From IMG/VR virus record IMGVR_UViG_3300031555_001743: a stretch of DNA of 47,977 nucleotides; one strand, 5' to 3'. The notes beneath the pieces are model-generated. The model was not told the DNA's origin. It made no database searches and worked only from the letters and a program-made list of their open reading frames with translations. Position numbers and translations under genes: made by a program. This document shows positions 29,049 through 38,763 of the stretch, in pieces. Source of the DNA: a virus. Every line of letters begins with the position of its first letter. The first letter of the stretch is position 1.

Positions 29049-31819
29049 TCAATTACCTCCGTTCCTATCGGCAATGCAACCTCTCTCATGTTCAAATCAC
29101 AGAAGGTTGTTGCCTTTACTGTTCTTAACATAGCTCCGTCAAATGTTCCAATAGTTATCTTTCGATGCTCATTACCGCTTGTATCAGCGATATATCGGTA
29201 TGTATCAGCTCTTTCAACATTGTCTAAGTCGTATCTTACCCATATAAAGTCAGATTCTGACGATGGTTCTATTGGTGGATCTGGGTCGTCTGACGGGTCG
29301 TAAGAACCTGCTTCAACTGTGGCATAGTTTCTGTCAATTGCTATGTTATAACCGCTTGGTCTTGTGAAGCTTCTCTCCGAGCCGATAACAACCTCTAAGC
29401 ATTCACCTGTTATCGCATCTTTAACAGTCTTTGATATCTCCAAGTCGTAGTATCTTTCGCCTTCATCGTCCCATACCTTGCCGATATCACCAACCTTAAA
29501 GCGGTAATTCACAAAGTCCTTGTAATCAGGATGATTTTTTAAATCCTGAACGTTGATTCGGAAGGATACCAACGGAGCACACATATGCTTAAAGTATTCG
29601 CCTACTTTTCGGGCAAGCATACCGAATTCATAGTAATCTTCATCAACATCAAAATGGAAGTTCTGCGAACGTACTATGTTATGCGGATACGCTCTCGGAA
29701 GAGTTCTCGGGTCCCATGCAATTGCAAACCAACCGCCGTATTCATCATACCCTCTAAAATACGTGCAGAACGTATTCAGGTCGATTGTTCTTGTTATGCT
29801 TGTGAGATTTAAGTCAGGATGCAGGATAAAAGCGTTATCAATAGCACCTTCCATACGTTCATTAATTGATATTTTAAAATTATCCCTGAATACCTCACCG
29901 CCGATTAATGATGTGAAACCGTTACTGCCTAATATCATCTCCCAAGGAGTATGACCTTCGGGCATTTCGTACCAATCACGAAAATCATCTGTACTGTCCA
30001 GATTTGTTGTGATATCGAAGGTGTATCTGAGATTGTTTTCCTGATCCCACGGAACATCCCACATCTGCGCTAAGATTGAGTTGATAAGGGTCTGTCCTCT
30101 GTAGCCTGCTATAGATGTTCCCGGAAAGAGCCAGTAATCGTTAAGGTGATAGCTAATATGCTCTGCATAAGCTGTAATAGATTTACTGTTTGCCCTGTTC
30201 GTTGTTGTTACCTTGCGGATGATAAAGAGCTGTCCGAGAGCCTTGATAATGTTCATTTCCAAGATTCTGCGCCATTTACCATCTTTATCCTTCGGATGCT
30301 CCATAGTCAGATTGTATCCACCATTAAGCTCCTCAGTGATTCTGCACAGTGTAGGTTCAAGGATAACGCCGTTGTTTTCAAAGCCGTCTTGCTCTGTATC
30401 CATATCGTATATAGTGATATAGTTTTCTTCAACGTCACCGCCGCCCGAAGGTTCTCCATGAAGCGGATAATACCAAAAGGGGATGAAAGGTATTCCGTCA
30501 TTAGTATCAGGCCAAATTCGCCTTGTATAATCACCTAAGACTGTGTACGAATATCCATCATCTGTTGCCTGATGTGGGTCGTATTCTGAATTCCATTGAG
30601 GTTGACGGAAGTTATCGTCTTCTATCAACTCAATTCCGTGGTCTGCCATGATATCAGGATTTCTCAAATCGCCGTACAGCTCTTTGATAGCCAATTCATC
30701 AGGAATATCAGTCCACGGTATATCTGATTTATTTGATACCCATACATTTTTCTGAGCAGGTGCAAAGTTGTCATACTTCTCACCATCACAGAATATGTAT
30801 TCGCTTCGTACATGGAATTCAAAGTCTTCTTCCCAATCTTCCGCTTCGTCTTGGAATTCTACTCTCAAATCGAAGATGTTGTGCATGAGTGACAAGAAGA
30901 CCTTTGAATATCTCAAATCATACTGCTGTGATGGTTCGCCGCCCCTGTTGTATCTGCCTGAGAACTCTAATTCCCAATCACTTTCAATCTTGATTTGTGC
31001 CGTAAATAGGCAATTCGTGAGATTTCCGACATTTACAGGGAACAATTCAAGACAAGTCCAATTCGGTTGCTGCGATAATGATGTGTCATAATCGTCCTCA
31101 GTCCACGACAAGGTATAGTCATAATTGATTTCGCAGTCATAATACCAACCGCCTACATCTGCTATTAACTGTGTGCTTTCTTTTCCGAGACCACCCAATG
31201 ATAAGCCTGCATTCTCAGCTCTGACGTTGACTATACAATGATAGCATCTTGGACAGTATGTGATATATATGCTGTTTTTACGCAAAGCTTTAATGCTTTT
31301 GACATATTCATCATAGTTGGTGTATCCGCTGCCGTTAAGCCATTCTGACGTAATTTCAACAGATGGAGCATAGATATCATAAAATTGGCAGTTTCTGAAC
31401 TCGATCTGTGCTTTGCAGAATGTAATTCGTGGATGTTCAAATACAATCTCGTCAATTGTCAGATTTCGGATGATTGTTCTTGTATGATTCCTATATACTG
31501 CATCATACAGCGGAAAACCGTTTATCCATTGCGCTTGTCGCACTAACGGCCTGTCTGCATCAAAGCTAAAACCTGCCTGAACAACCAATTTCTTAATATG
31601 CAGTCCGCAGAAGTCAATCTCACCGCATCGAATTGTAGCCTGTGGAACAGAAACTGACATATCCTGCGGATTCATAATCTGATATGTACAGATATCTTCA
31701 AACGTTACCTGATTCAATTCAGTCTGACCGCCCCATGCAACGATATCATTTGAACTATCAGTAATACCCCCTAACAGCTCTTGCCAATCGGAGACAATAA
31801 TCATTATATCTCCCTCCAA
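29045..31819 (-). CDS. tail-associated protein (Tal / prophage-tail family) with ~465-aa N-terminal extension
   Basis: ITIYDMDTEQDGFENNGVILEPTLCRITEELNGGYNLTMEHP normally opens such proteins but sits at aa 468-509 here. Position is directly after Dit. Confidence 0.6.
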   Translation of the reverse strand: MEGDIMIIVSDWQELLGGITDSSNDIVAWGGQTELNQVTFEDICTYQIMNPQDMSVSVPQATIRCGEIDFCGLHIKKLVVQAGFSFDADRPLVRQAQWINGFPLYDAVYRNHTRTIIRNLTIDEIVFEHPRITFCKAQIEFRNCQFYDIYAPSVEITSEWLNGSGYTNYDEYVKSIKALRKNSIYITYCPRCYHCIVNVRAENAGLSLGGLGKESTQLIADVGGWYYDCEINYDYTLSWTEDDYDTSLSQQPNWTCLELFPVNVGNLTNCLFTAQIKIESDWELEFSGRYNRGGEPSQQYDLRYSKVFLSLMHNIFDLRVEFQDEAEDWEEDFEFHVRSEYIFCDGEKYDNFAPAQKNVWVSNKSDIPWTDIPDELAIKELYGDLRNPDIMADHGIELIEDDNFRQPQWNSEYDPHQATDDGYSYTVLGDYTRRIWPDTNDGIPFIPFWYYPLHGEPSGGGDVEENYITIYDMDTEQDGFENNGVILEPTLCRITEELNGGYNLTMEHPKDKDGKWRRILEMNIIKALGQLFIIRKVTTTNRANSKSITAYAEHISYHLNDYWLFPGTSIAGYRGQTLINSILAQMWDVPWDQENNLRYTFDITTNLDSTDDFRDWYEMPEGHTPWEMILGSNGFTSLIGGEVFRDNFKISINERMEGAIDNAFILHPDLNLTSITRTIDLNTFCTYFRGYDEYGGWFAIAWDPRTLPRAYPHNIVRSQNFHFDVDEDYYEFGMLARKVGEYFKHMCAPLVSFRINVQDLKNHPDYKDFVNYRFKVGDIGKVWDDEGERYYDLEISKTVKDAITGECLEVVIGSERSFTRPSGYNIAIDRNYATVEAGSYDPSDDPDPPIEPSSESDFIWVRYDLDNVERADTYRYIADTSGNEHRKITIGTFDGAMLRTVKATTFCDLNMREVALPIGTEVIE

Positions 31820-32526
31820 TTCGTTTTGAGCTTCACAGCTTCAACAGTGCCTGTCCATGATACGGTATTATTACCGACTTCAAGCTCAGGTAAACGTCCG
31901 TTGTCTTTGCCGGCAAGCAGATTATAATTATCATCATACACGATAAAACGCTGTCTGTCGATGTAATACTTCTTTGGATTCTGTGCTGTACCTGCTTCTA
32001 AGCCGTATAAATCATAGTCAACGTCATTTACAGTGACTTTGATATCACCTGACGGATTTGTCAGCTCTATTGTTGGATATGCCTTTATCGTGCCGTTATT
32101 AGCCACTGTATCGCCGCTTGTGAGCGTTATCCAAGGATTTAACACTCCATATCGATACGGCTCTAAAGTGAGATTAAGCACATAGTCTATACGCTTATTA
32201 TCAGCTCTTTGAGATATCTGTGTTTCCATAGTCAGGATTTTAAAATAAATACCTTCCATAGTTGATAGCTGCAATGTGCCACCCTTGCTCAGAAATAGTC
32301 TCAGCTCCTTATCGTCAAGCGATGAAGGATAGAACTTGTGAAAGGCTATGCTGTATGGTATCTCATTGTATACGCCGTCTGGTATAGCGTATGGCTTGCG
32401 TGTAATGCCTGTTGTATACCTCTGCTGTGCGTGAGGTACAGGCTCTAATGTCTCTACAAATACGCCGTATGTATCGCTTGATACGCCGTCAATCGTAAAG
32501 CTGTATTCGCTTGTATAATCAGCCAT
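31804..32526 (-). CDS. distal tail protein (Dit)
   Basis: 240 aa, immediately after the tape measure gene. Confidence 0.65.
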   Translation of the reverse strand: MADYTSEYSFTIDGVSSDTYGVFVETLEPVPHAQQRYTTGITRKPYAIPDGVYNEIPYSIAFHKFYPSSLDDKELRLFLSKGGTLQLSTMEGIYFKILTMETQISQRADNKRIDYVLNLTLEPYRYGVLNPWITLTSGDTVANNGTIKAYPTIELTNPSGDIKVTVNDVDYDLYGLEAGTAQNPKKYYIDRQRFIVYDDNYNLLAGKDNGRLPELEVGNNTVSWTGTVEAVKLKTNWREI

Positions 32527-34537
32527 TGTATCCTGTACCTCCTATTGATCTATTCTGTAAAATATTCAGATCTGCAAGCTTTGTGGCTACTCTTTCAATA
32601 AATCTGTCAGAATCATAATCAGAAGAGATATTGCCACCCTCCATCTGTATTACAAGATTGCCTTGTATGATAGTGCCCGTATTGCTTTTATTAAGCTTTT
32701 CAGCAAGAGTATCAATCCATCCTGTATTACTGTCGAGCGGTAATAATAGCTCTCTGCCTGCTTCTCCGTAAACATCACCAAATCTATCATATGTTGGTCT
32801 TGTAAAAATACCGCCCTTTGCGTGTCTTTGGTGGCTTTTGCCTTTCTCTGGTATATGCCGCTTGTCCTGTGCATCGGATGCCGCTTTTGCGACAGCTTCT
32901 CCGACTTCCTGACCAAGTTTTAATGGGTTCAAAGTCAGCTGAATTTCTTCATCAAACCATGTTTTAAATTCATCCCACTTAGCTTTGAAGCCGTCCCACC
33001 ATTTTGAAAGAACATCATTGCCTGCCTGCCAGTATTCGCCCATTCCGAGTGCATCCGCTATCAGCCCACCGAGTTTATAAACAAATTCGCCGCCCTCACC
33101 GAGCAGAGAAGTGAATCCGTCTAACAGTGATGTTAAAATCTTGTCAGCGGCTTCTGCCATTTTCTCACGGTTTTCCTCGTCTTTGAAGTATTCTATAAGT
33201 TTATCTGATATCTTCAAAGCGGCATCTCCGAGCCTGTCAGAAGCTTTTACAATGCCGTCAATAAGATTGTCAAGGATAACAGGCGCACCTTCGATAATTG
33301 CATTGATGGTTTCCTCACTTGTAAAGCCTTCGATAAGTCCGTCTATGATATCAAATGCGGCATCTATCAGCGTTCCTGTATTCGATGGATCTGTGATACC
33401 CTTTGCAAACTCTACAACTGCATTTACTCCCTCGGGAATAAGAGCAGGCAAGTTGTCTTTTAGATATCCCGAAAAGTCAGATATCAGCGTAAAAGCTGTA
33501 TCTTTAAGCTTCGGAAGGTTGCTTTCGATGGTATCGCCAAGCATTCCGATAACCTCGCCGCCTGTCTGTAGCAGTGTCGGGATGTTCTCAATTATGCCTG
33601 TGCCGAGTGCTCCAACGATAGAAACGGATGCTTCCATGAGTGGTGGTGTTATCTTTGGTATTATTTTGCTGATACTTTTACCGATTTTCGGTGCAGCCTT
33701 TACAATGAGACCGCCCACACCATCAAGAGCCTTTTCAACTCTCGGGAGCATATTGTCAAATGCTGCTCCTGCGGTTTCAGACAGCTTGTCGAATGCTTCT
33801 CCTACATTGCCATCATCCTTCGATATCTCAACCTTAAGATTCTCCCATGCAGCTTTAACAGAACCGATTGAACCTGATATCGTGCCGGATGCTTCTTTCG
33901 CCGTAGTGCCTGTTATTCCCATTTCTTCCTGTACTACGTGAATAGCCTGTACAATATCGGAATAACTTGATATATCGTATTCTACGCCTGATATTTCCTG
34001 AGCCTTGTCAAGCAGATCCTGCATTCCCTGTTTAGTTCCTGCGAATCCTAAGGCGAGGTTATCGAGCATTGTGAAGTTCTGTCGGCTGAATCCTCTGTAT
34101 GCGTTCTGCACACCTTCCATGTTTGTACCCATCTTGTTGACGTTATCCGCCATATCAGTGATGGATAAATCCATGAGTTCAGCTGCCTTTGCCTGATCGC
34201 CGCCGAGTGAGTTGATAAGAGAAGCCGCACTCTGAATAGAAGTCTCCATGTACTCATTCATTGACTGCCCTGCTGTCTGGTATGCCTTTTCAGCGTTTTT
34301 CATTACAGTTTCAGCCGATGAACCGAAAAGCGTTTCAATACCGCCTGCAAGCTGTTCATAGTCTGCATAGGCTGAAACAGATTCTTTTACAATTGCCGAA
34401 ACTCCTGTTGCCGCTGCTCCGAGTGTTGCCGCTGAGAATTTCGCAAAATCTGCCAAAGTTCCCTTTATAGCGGATAAACCGCTTTTATATTCGCTATCAT
34501 CAAGCCTTATCTTTGCTTGTAAGTCAAAAACATCCAT
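32519..34537 (-). CDS. tail tape measure protein
   Basis: 672 aa, helical and A/G/I-rich, downstream of the frameshifted chaperone pair. Confidence 0.85.
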   Translation of the reverse strand: MDVFDLQAKIRLDDSEYKSGLSAIKGTLADFAKFSAATLGAAATGVSAIVKESVSAYADYEQLAGGIETLFGSSAETVMKNAEKAYQTAGQSMNEYMETSIQSAASLINSLGGDQAKAAELMDLSITDMADNVNKMGTNMEGVQNAYRGFSRQNFTMLDNLALGFAGTKQGMQDLLDKAQEISGVEYDISSYSDIVQAIHVVQEEMGITGTTAKEASGTISGSIGSVKAAWENLKVEISKDDGNVGEAFDKLSETAGAAFDNMLPRVEKALDGVGGLIVKAAPKIGKSISKIIPKITPPLMEASVSIVGALGTGIIENIPTLLQTGGEVIGMLGDTIESNLPKLKDTAFTLISDFSGYLKDNLPALIPEGVNAVVEFAKGITDPSNTGTLIDAAFDIIDGLIEGFTSEETINAIIEGAPVILDNLIDGIVKASDRLGDAALKISDKLIEYFKDEENREKMAEAADKILTSLLDGFTSLLGEGGEFVYKLGGLIADALGMGEYWQAGNDVLSKWWDGFKAKWDEFKTWFDEEIQLTLNPLKLGQEVGEAVAKAASDAQDKRHIPEKGKSHQRHAKGGIFTRPTYDRFGDVYGEAGRELLLPLDSNTGWIDTLAEKLNKSNTGTIIQGNLVIQMEGGNISSDYDSDRFIERVATKLADLNILQNRSIGGTGYNG

Positions 34538-34539
34538 GT

Positions 34540-35090
34540 TTATTCCTCCTTTCCATAAAAACTATCTCTAAGGACCTGAATGACTCTTTCGGCTTCTTCC
34601 TGCCTTTTCTGCTCTTCGTTTTCGCCGTTGATAAAGTCATACCATCGCTCTGGCACTCTTGCCAGATTGGATAAACAGTCGGTTATATATACCTTATAGC
34701 ATAGGTCCTCATTACGCTGATTCACTTTTGCTATTACGTATCGGATGAATCCTCTGACTGTTTTTCCTCGGTATTCGCCATAGCAGATATCGCAAACCTC
34801 GCATTCGTGCAGGCCTGCATAAAAAAAGGTGCTGTTTCCTCGTCCTTGAATATCTCAGCTATTATCCGTGCTACCGTAGAAACGAATTTCACGGCACTTT
34901 CAGGCTTTTCATCAAGTATACCCATAAGAGTATCAAAGCTTTCTTTGTGTGCCTTATAAAGCGGTGTAGCAGCTTCAATCCACGTCTTATCTTTCAGACT
35001 TGTGAAAAGTTCTGTATCTCCGAGAATATCATTTACATACGGTACGCATTCCATCAGCGTGTCTATTTCCTTGATTTCACTAAATCTCAT
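34540..35090 (-). CDS. tail assembly chaperone -1 frameshift fusion (gpGT-like, about 183 aa)
   Basis: A7 run at 34821-34827 (T7 in sense) in register X XXY YYZ. The -1 frame is open from there to the stop at 34540 (hand-checked). Confidence 0.6.
34734..35090 (-). CDS. tail assembly chaperone (gpG-like)
   Basis: 118-aa acidic protein between the major tail and tape measure genes; contains the slippery T TTT TTT site. Confidence 0.7.
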   Translation of the reverse strand: MRFSEIKEIDTLMECVPYVNDILGDTELFTSLKDKTWIEAATPLYKAHKESFDTLMGILDEKPESAVKFVSTVARIIAEIFKDEETAPFFMQACTNARFAISAMANTEEKQSEDSSDT

Positions 35091-35115
35091 ATTATCACTA
35101 ACCTTTCATTACAAA

Positions 35116-35139
35116 AATATCCCCGAATTATCGGGGATA
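35116..35139 (-). terminator. hairpin terminator/attenuator after the major tail gene
   Basis: ATATCCCCGA-ATTA-TCGGGGATAT, followed on the minus strand by TTTTTG. Confidence 0.6.
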
Positions 35140-35169
35140 TTCAATTTTTATTCAGTTGTTATGCTTGTG

Positions 35170-36042
35170 TTATGCTTCATCAGTCACAGTCAGCAATGCT
35201 GTCTTGCTGAATACTGTTGATGTAGCATCTGATACCTTACAACGGTATCTATTGCCGTCTGCATCGGTTGTAACATCACCTGCGGCAAGACTGAGGGTTG
35301 ATGTTGTCTTACCGCTGATATCAGTAAATACGCTGTCTGATGGTGTCATTACCTGCCACTGGTATGATAATGATGTACCTGTTGCTGTAACGCTGAATGA
35401 TGTTGCTGTGCCTTCCTCAACCGTTACTGACTGCGGATGTGCAGTGATATCAACTGTGCTGCTTGCCGAAGGGCTAAAACTGTAATACTCTATCTCAGCC
35501 TTTGTCTTGTCTTCGATAGATCTGAAAGCTGTTATAGTCAGTGACATTGTAGCTTTGCCGTTCTTAGTCGTTGTAATGCTAAGACCGCCTGTTGAAAGTG
35601 CGTTTGACATTACCAAAGCAACATATCCGCCGCCTACCTTCGGGAAAACAAGAGCGATATTCTCAAAGTCAGTTGACTTGTAATAAAGTCTTGTTGTTAC
35701 ATGCTTATCGTCCTGAGTATCAATATCGGCAGCGCCTAAAGCTCTGCGGATATCTTCTGCACCAAAATTCAAAGCAGTAACTGTTACAGTCTTAGCGGCT
35801 GAGCCTGTTATCACCTGTAACTCCTTGTACTGAAAGTAAATTCCGTTTACATCTTCGCCAAGATCAAGCGTATTGACATTATCATTAATGTTAATATCAC
35901 CGCTTGTAGCCATGAATACATCACCCTCGGCTGGTGGAGTGAAGGTTGTCGGGTCAAAATCCTTTACCAGAATAGCACCACCATAAGCCATAGATTCAAA
36001 GTCTTCTTTGGTAAGTATATCATAATCCATAAGATTAATCAT
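35170..36042 (-). CDS. major tail protein with C-terminal Ig-like domain
   Basis: 290 aa upstream of the chaperones. The C-terminal ~90 aa (AHPQSVTVEEGTATSFSVTATG...YRCKVSD...LTV) is Ig-like. Confidence 0.75.
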   Translation of the reverse strand: MINLMDYDILTKEDFESMAYGGAILVKDFDPTTFTPPAEGDVFMATSGDININDNVNTLDLGEDVNGIYFQYKELQVITGSAAKTVTVTALNFGAEDIRRALGAADIDTQDDKHVTTRLYYKSTDFENIALVFPKVGGGYVALVMSNALSTGGLSITTTKNGKATMSLTITAFRSIEDKTKAEIEYYSFSPSASSTVDITAHPQSVTVEEGTATSFSVTATGTSLSYQWQVMTPSDSVFTDISGKTTSTLSLAAGDVTTDADGNRYRCKVSDATSTVFSKTALLTVTDEA

Positions 36043-36061
36043 GCTTTTTTCTCTCCTTTCA

Positions 36062-36442
36062 TCAATAATTCGTATAGAAACGGACTGTAAAATTAAACAT
36101 CGTCCGTTTGATTAGATCATCTGAATCGTCTCCCATTCTTGTGGAGAAGGGAGATCCACGCATTACAAGTACATATCCCTCATCACAGGTCAGCATCTTG
36201 CCGCTTCTGCCTATCGTCTCGGCTATTTCCTTTGACTTCTGGACTGCGTTATACCATGAACTTTCTCTGTACCACGTATTCACGGTCATAGCAACATCGG
36301 TATTATCCCCGAAGTTATCATCTACTCCCTCATACGTCAGATAGGGGAATGCAGGCGGATTTTTCAAGGAGTAAATTGAATTTTCTTCGTATGCAGGCAG
36401 AAAGCCATTTAAAAACGTCTGTAATGCCGCTAATTTATCCAT
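36062..36442 (-). CDS. tail terminator / tail completion protein
   Basis: Position immediately upstream of the major tail gene. Start set at ATG 36442 (MDKLAALQ). Confidence 0.5.
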   Translation of the reverse strand: MDKLAALQTFLNGFLPAYEENSIYSLKNPPAFPYLTYEGVDDNFGDNTDVAMTVNTWYRESSWYNAVQKSKEIAETIGRSGKMLTCDEGYVLVMRGSPFSTRMGDDSDDLIKRTMFNFTVRFYTNY

Positions 36443-36509
36443 ATTCGCCGTTTCACTCCATTCATAGTATAATTGCACCCCTAAAGGTTAAAAGCCGTTA
36501 AAACGCATT

Positions 36510-36908
36510 TTAAGCGTTGATAGGCATATCAGAGGGAAGTTCCCACTTTTCAGCCTTTGCATAGCTGAACTGTAATCCTGCGCTTGCAGGAGTTTCTTTT
36601 TCAGTGTTGCTTTCCGTGATTCTGAATGTTTTCTCGTCCTTGTTTCTCATAAAGACCTGACCTTTTTTTAAGGCTATGCCTTTATCAACGCAGACGGTAT
36701 ACATTTTCTTCTCGGTTATCGCTTCTGCGACCTGTGCGCCGAGAGTTTCCTGAGGAATTAACTGTACTGTAATTACTGCACCTTTGTTGTAGCTGTAATC
36801 AACACCGCCGATGCCGCCGTATGGGTCAGGGCTGACCGTTGACGATTCGTCAAGCAGTGTTATTTCGGTGTTGTAGTCGTTGAGGATGCCGTTGTCAAAT
36901 ATGCTCAT
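36510..36908 (-). CDS. head closure / head-tail adaptor protein
   Basis: 132 aa, in the head-tail connector block. Confidence 0.5.
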   Translation of the reverse strand: MSIFDNGILNDYNTEITLLDESSTVSPDPYGGIGGVDYSYNKGAVITVQLIPQETLGAQVAEAITEKKMYTVCVDKGIALKKGQVFMRNKDEKTFRITESNTEKETPASAGLQFSYAKAEKWELPSDMPINA

Positions 36909-37384
36909 AATACCGATATCCTCCTGTATGGATTCAATCTGCTTGCAAACTGCGACATATATGTGACGGATGCACCGCCACCATTGCCGCTTGTTGCCCC
37001 TTTAGAGTAATTGTAAACGCCCTGTACGCTTTCGCTCTGGAAGGGAGACATATTTGCATTGCCGATGCTCTCATACTTTGTTCGCCATGCCGCTATATCA
37101 TCACATAACTGCACGAATGAGCGAGGTACGGACATAAGCCACACCTGACCAGTAAAGGTTTCATCCTGTAGCAATGCCAATGATTCAGCGGTATTGCAAT
37201 AAACACCGTCATTCACATCACTGTTAACGATTCGGAAGTATTGATTCGGTTTCAAGGTAAAAGAAGGCGATACGAATGCACCGCTTTCAATTGTAAACTC
37301 TCCCTTGTAGATATCAGTTAGCCCGATATAGTCTTTCAAGAAAAAGTTCTTGCAGTATTCACAGTATTCTGTGATATCGGTCAT
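36905..37384 (-). CDS. head-tail connector protein (159 aa)
   Basis: Start set at ATG 37384 (MTDITEY) behind a GAAAGGCGGTG SD. The track extension overlaps the previous gene. Confidence 0.45.
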   Translation of the reverse strand: MTDITEYCEYCKNFFLKDYIGLTDIYKGEFTIESGAFVSPSFTLKPNQYFRIVNSDVNDGVYCNTAESLALLQDETFTGQVWLMSVPRSFVQLCDDIAAWRTKYESIGNANMSPFQSESVQGVYNYSKGATSGNGGGASVTYMSQFASRLNPYRRISVL

Positions 37385-37403
37385 ATCGCACCGCCTTTCT
37401 CTA

Positions 37404-37670
37404 TTACTTTTTACGGCTTTTACGCTTCGGCTTTTCCTCTGCTGTTTCCTCAACCGCCGATTCTTCAACGGTCTCCGCAGATTCAGTCTCAGGAATTACC
37501 TCAGGAACTGCTTCAATTAACACTGTTCTCTGTCTGTTCATCACAGTTGACAGCATTTCGATACGCTCCGCAGAAGGCTCATATCCCTCACGGGGATATG
37601 TGTCACCCTCTGCGTATTTATAGCCGTGATCCTGTAAGTCTGTAAAATGCTTTACTACTCTGTAAGCCAT
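37404..37670 (-). CDS. hypothetical head-associated protein (88 aa)
   Basis: MAYRVVKHFTDLQDHGYKYAEGDTYPREG; acidic then basic tail; immediately after the capsid gene. Confidence 0.55.
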   Translation of the reverse strand: MAYRVVKHFTDLQDHGYKYAEGDTYPREGYEPSAERIEMLSTVMNRQRTVLIEAVPEVIPETESAETVEESAVEETAEEKPKRKSRKK

Positions 37671-37674
37671 GATA

Positions 37675-38745
37675 TCACGCACCTGTATCAGTTACTGTTG
37701 CAATGTACAGTGTTGACGGATTGTAGATAACAGGGATAAACAGAGCAGATGCCTTTGTCCAGAGTACAGCAGGGTCATTCTCTGTCCACTGATGGATATA
37801 AACGTAAGGAGATACGCTTGTACCCTCTGTCTTTGTGAGAGGATTTACAACCTCAGGAGGATCGCCCCAGAGACCTACACCAAGTCTGCCGTTTGGAGTT
37901 GTGGAGAAGAATGTGATCTTATCCTTTGGATAGTAGCGTCTTGATACAACCACAGGCTTGCCGGTTGTCGGGTCTATATCGGTGATATTTGCGTTGTATA
38001 CGTTATCCTGTGTGATAACTGTATCAATGCCGAAATCTGCAAGGTATGCGTTCAGTTCAGCGTTAGAAATGAACTTACCGCTTGCATTTACACCGTTTCT
38101 GTTGATCTGGATAGACTTATTGCTTCTCATCTTAGTGAGGTTTGCACCGCTTGTCAGCATACCGTTGATAACAACACCGTTTTCACGTGCATCATCGATG
38201 ATAGCCTGTAACTGTGATCCAACATCTGAATCAACGTTGAGGTCAACTGTATATGCCTTCTGTGCAGCTGCAACGCCGTAGTCGATTGTAAGGTTCAGAT
38301 TGTTTTCGCCGATAGTAACCTGACCTGTTGCAAGTGCTTCATTCTTAGCTACTCTTGCACGAACTTCAACGGCTCTTGCAAGTCTGATACCGTCACGGAT
38401 AACATATTCATACTGTGCATCATCGTTCACAACGCCCTGCTTTAAAAGCTGCTGCATACGCTCTGACTGATTCTGCTTTACCTTGATAAGGCCTTTTTCG
38501 ATGTAGTGCTGTGTAAGCACAGGTGATACGCTCTTGATAGCTTCTGTGTCAAAAGCATGGAACTGAGCCATTGCAGGGATAAGCTGATCTGCGCTGATCT
38601 CATCCCATCTTGCGCCGATGTTATCTGTTTTCTCGTTGCCGAAAAGTCTGTCGATAGGATCATTTGCAAGAACAGGGGGAGTGAAAGGAACACTCAGCCA
38701 GTCCTCTTTGCCGACCATACCGAAAATACCATTTTCCCAAGTCAT
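37675..38745 (-). CDS. major capsid protein (gpE-like)
   Basis: 356 aa. The order scaffold-decoration-capsid mirrors lambda Nu3-D-E. Confidence 0.75.
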   Translation of the reverse strand: MTWENGIFGMVGKEDWLSVPFTPPVLANDPIDRLFGNEKTDNIGARWDEISADQLIPAMAQFHAFDTEAIKSVSPVLTQHYIEKGLIKVKQNQSERMQQLLKQGVVNDDAQYEYVIRDGIRLARAVEVRARVAKNEALATGQVTIGENNLNLTIDYGVAAAQKAYTVDLNVDSDVGSQLQAIIDDARENGVVINGMLTSGANLTKMRSNKSIQINRNGVNASGKFISNAELNAYLADFGIDTVITQDNVYNANITDIDPTTGKPVVVSRRYYPKDKITFFSTTPNGRLGVGLWGDPPEVVNPLTKTEGTSVSPYVYIHQWTENDPAVLWTKASALFIPVIYNPSTLYIATVTDTGA

Positions 38746-38763
38746 AACTTTACTCTCCTTTCA

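Noticed and set aside
33111-33941. 276-aa plus-strand ORF inside the tape measure gene (likewise 12748-13431, 20891-21412, 43048-43599, 14026-14436)
   Set aside because: These are long antisense frames of compositionally biased genes, giving Ser/Pro/Ile-rich nonsense-like products. They would require fully overlapping opposite-strand genes with no start signals.
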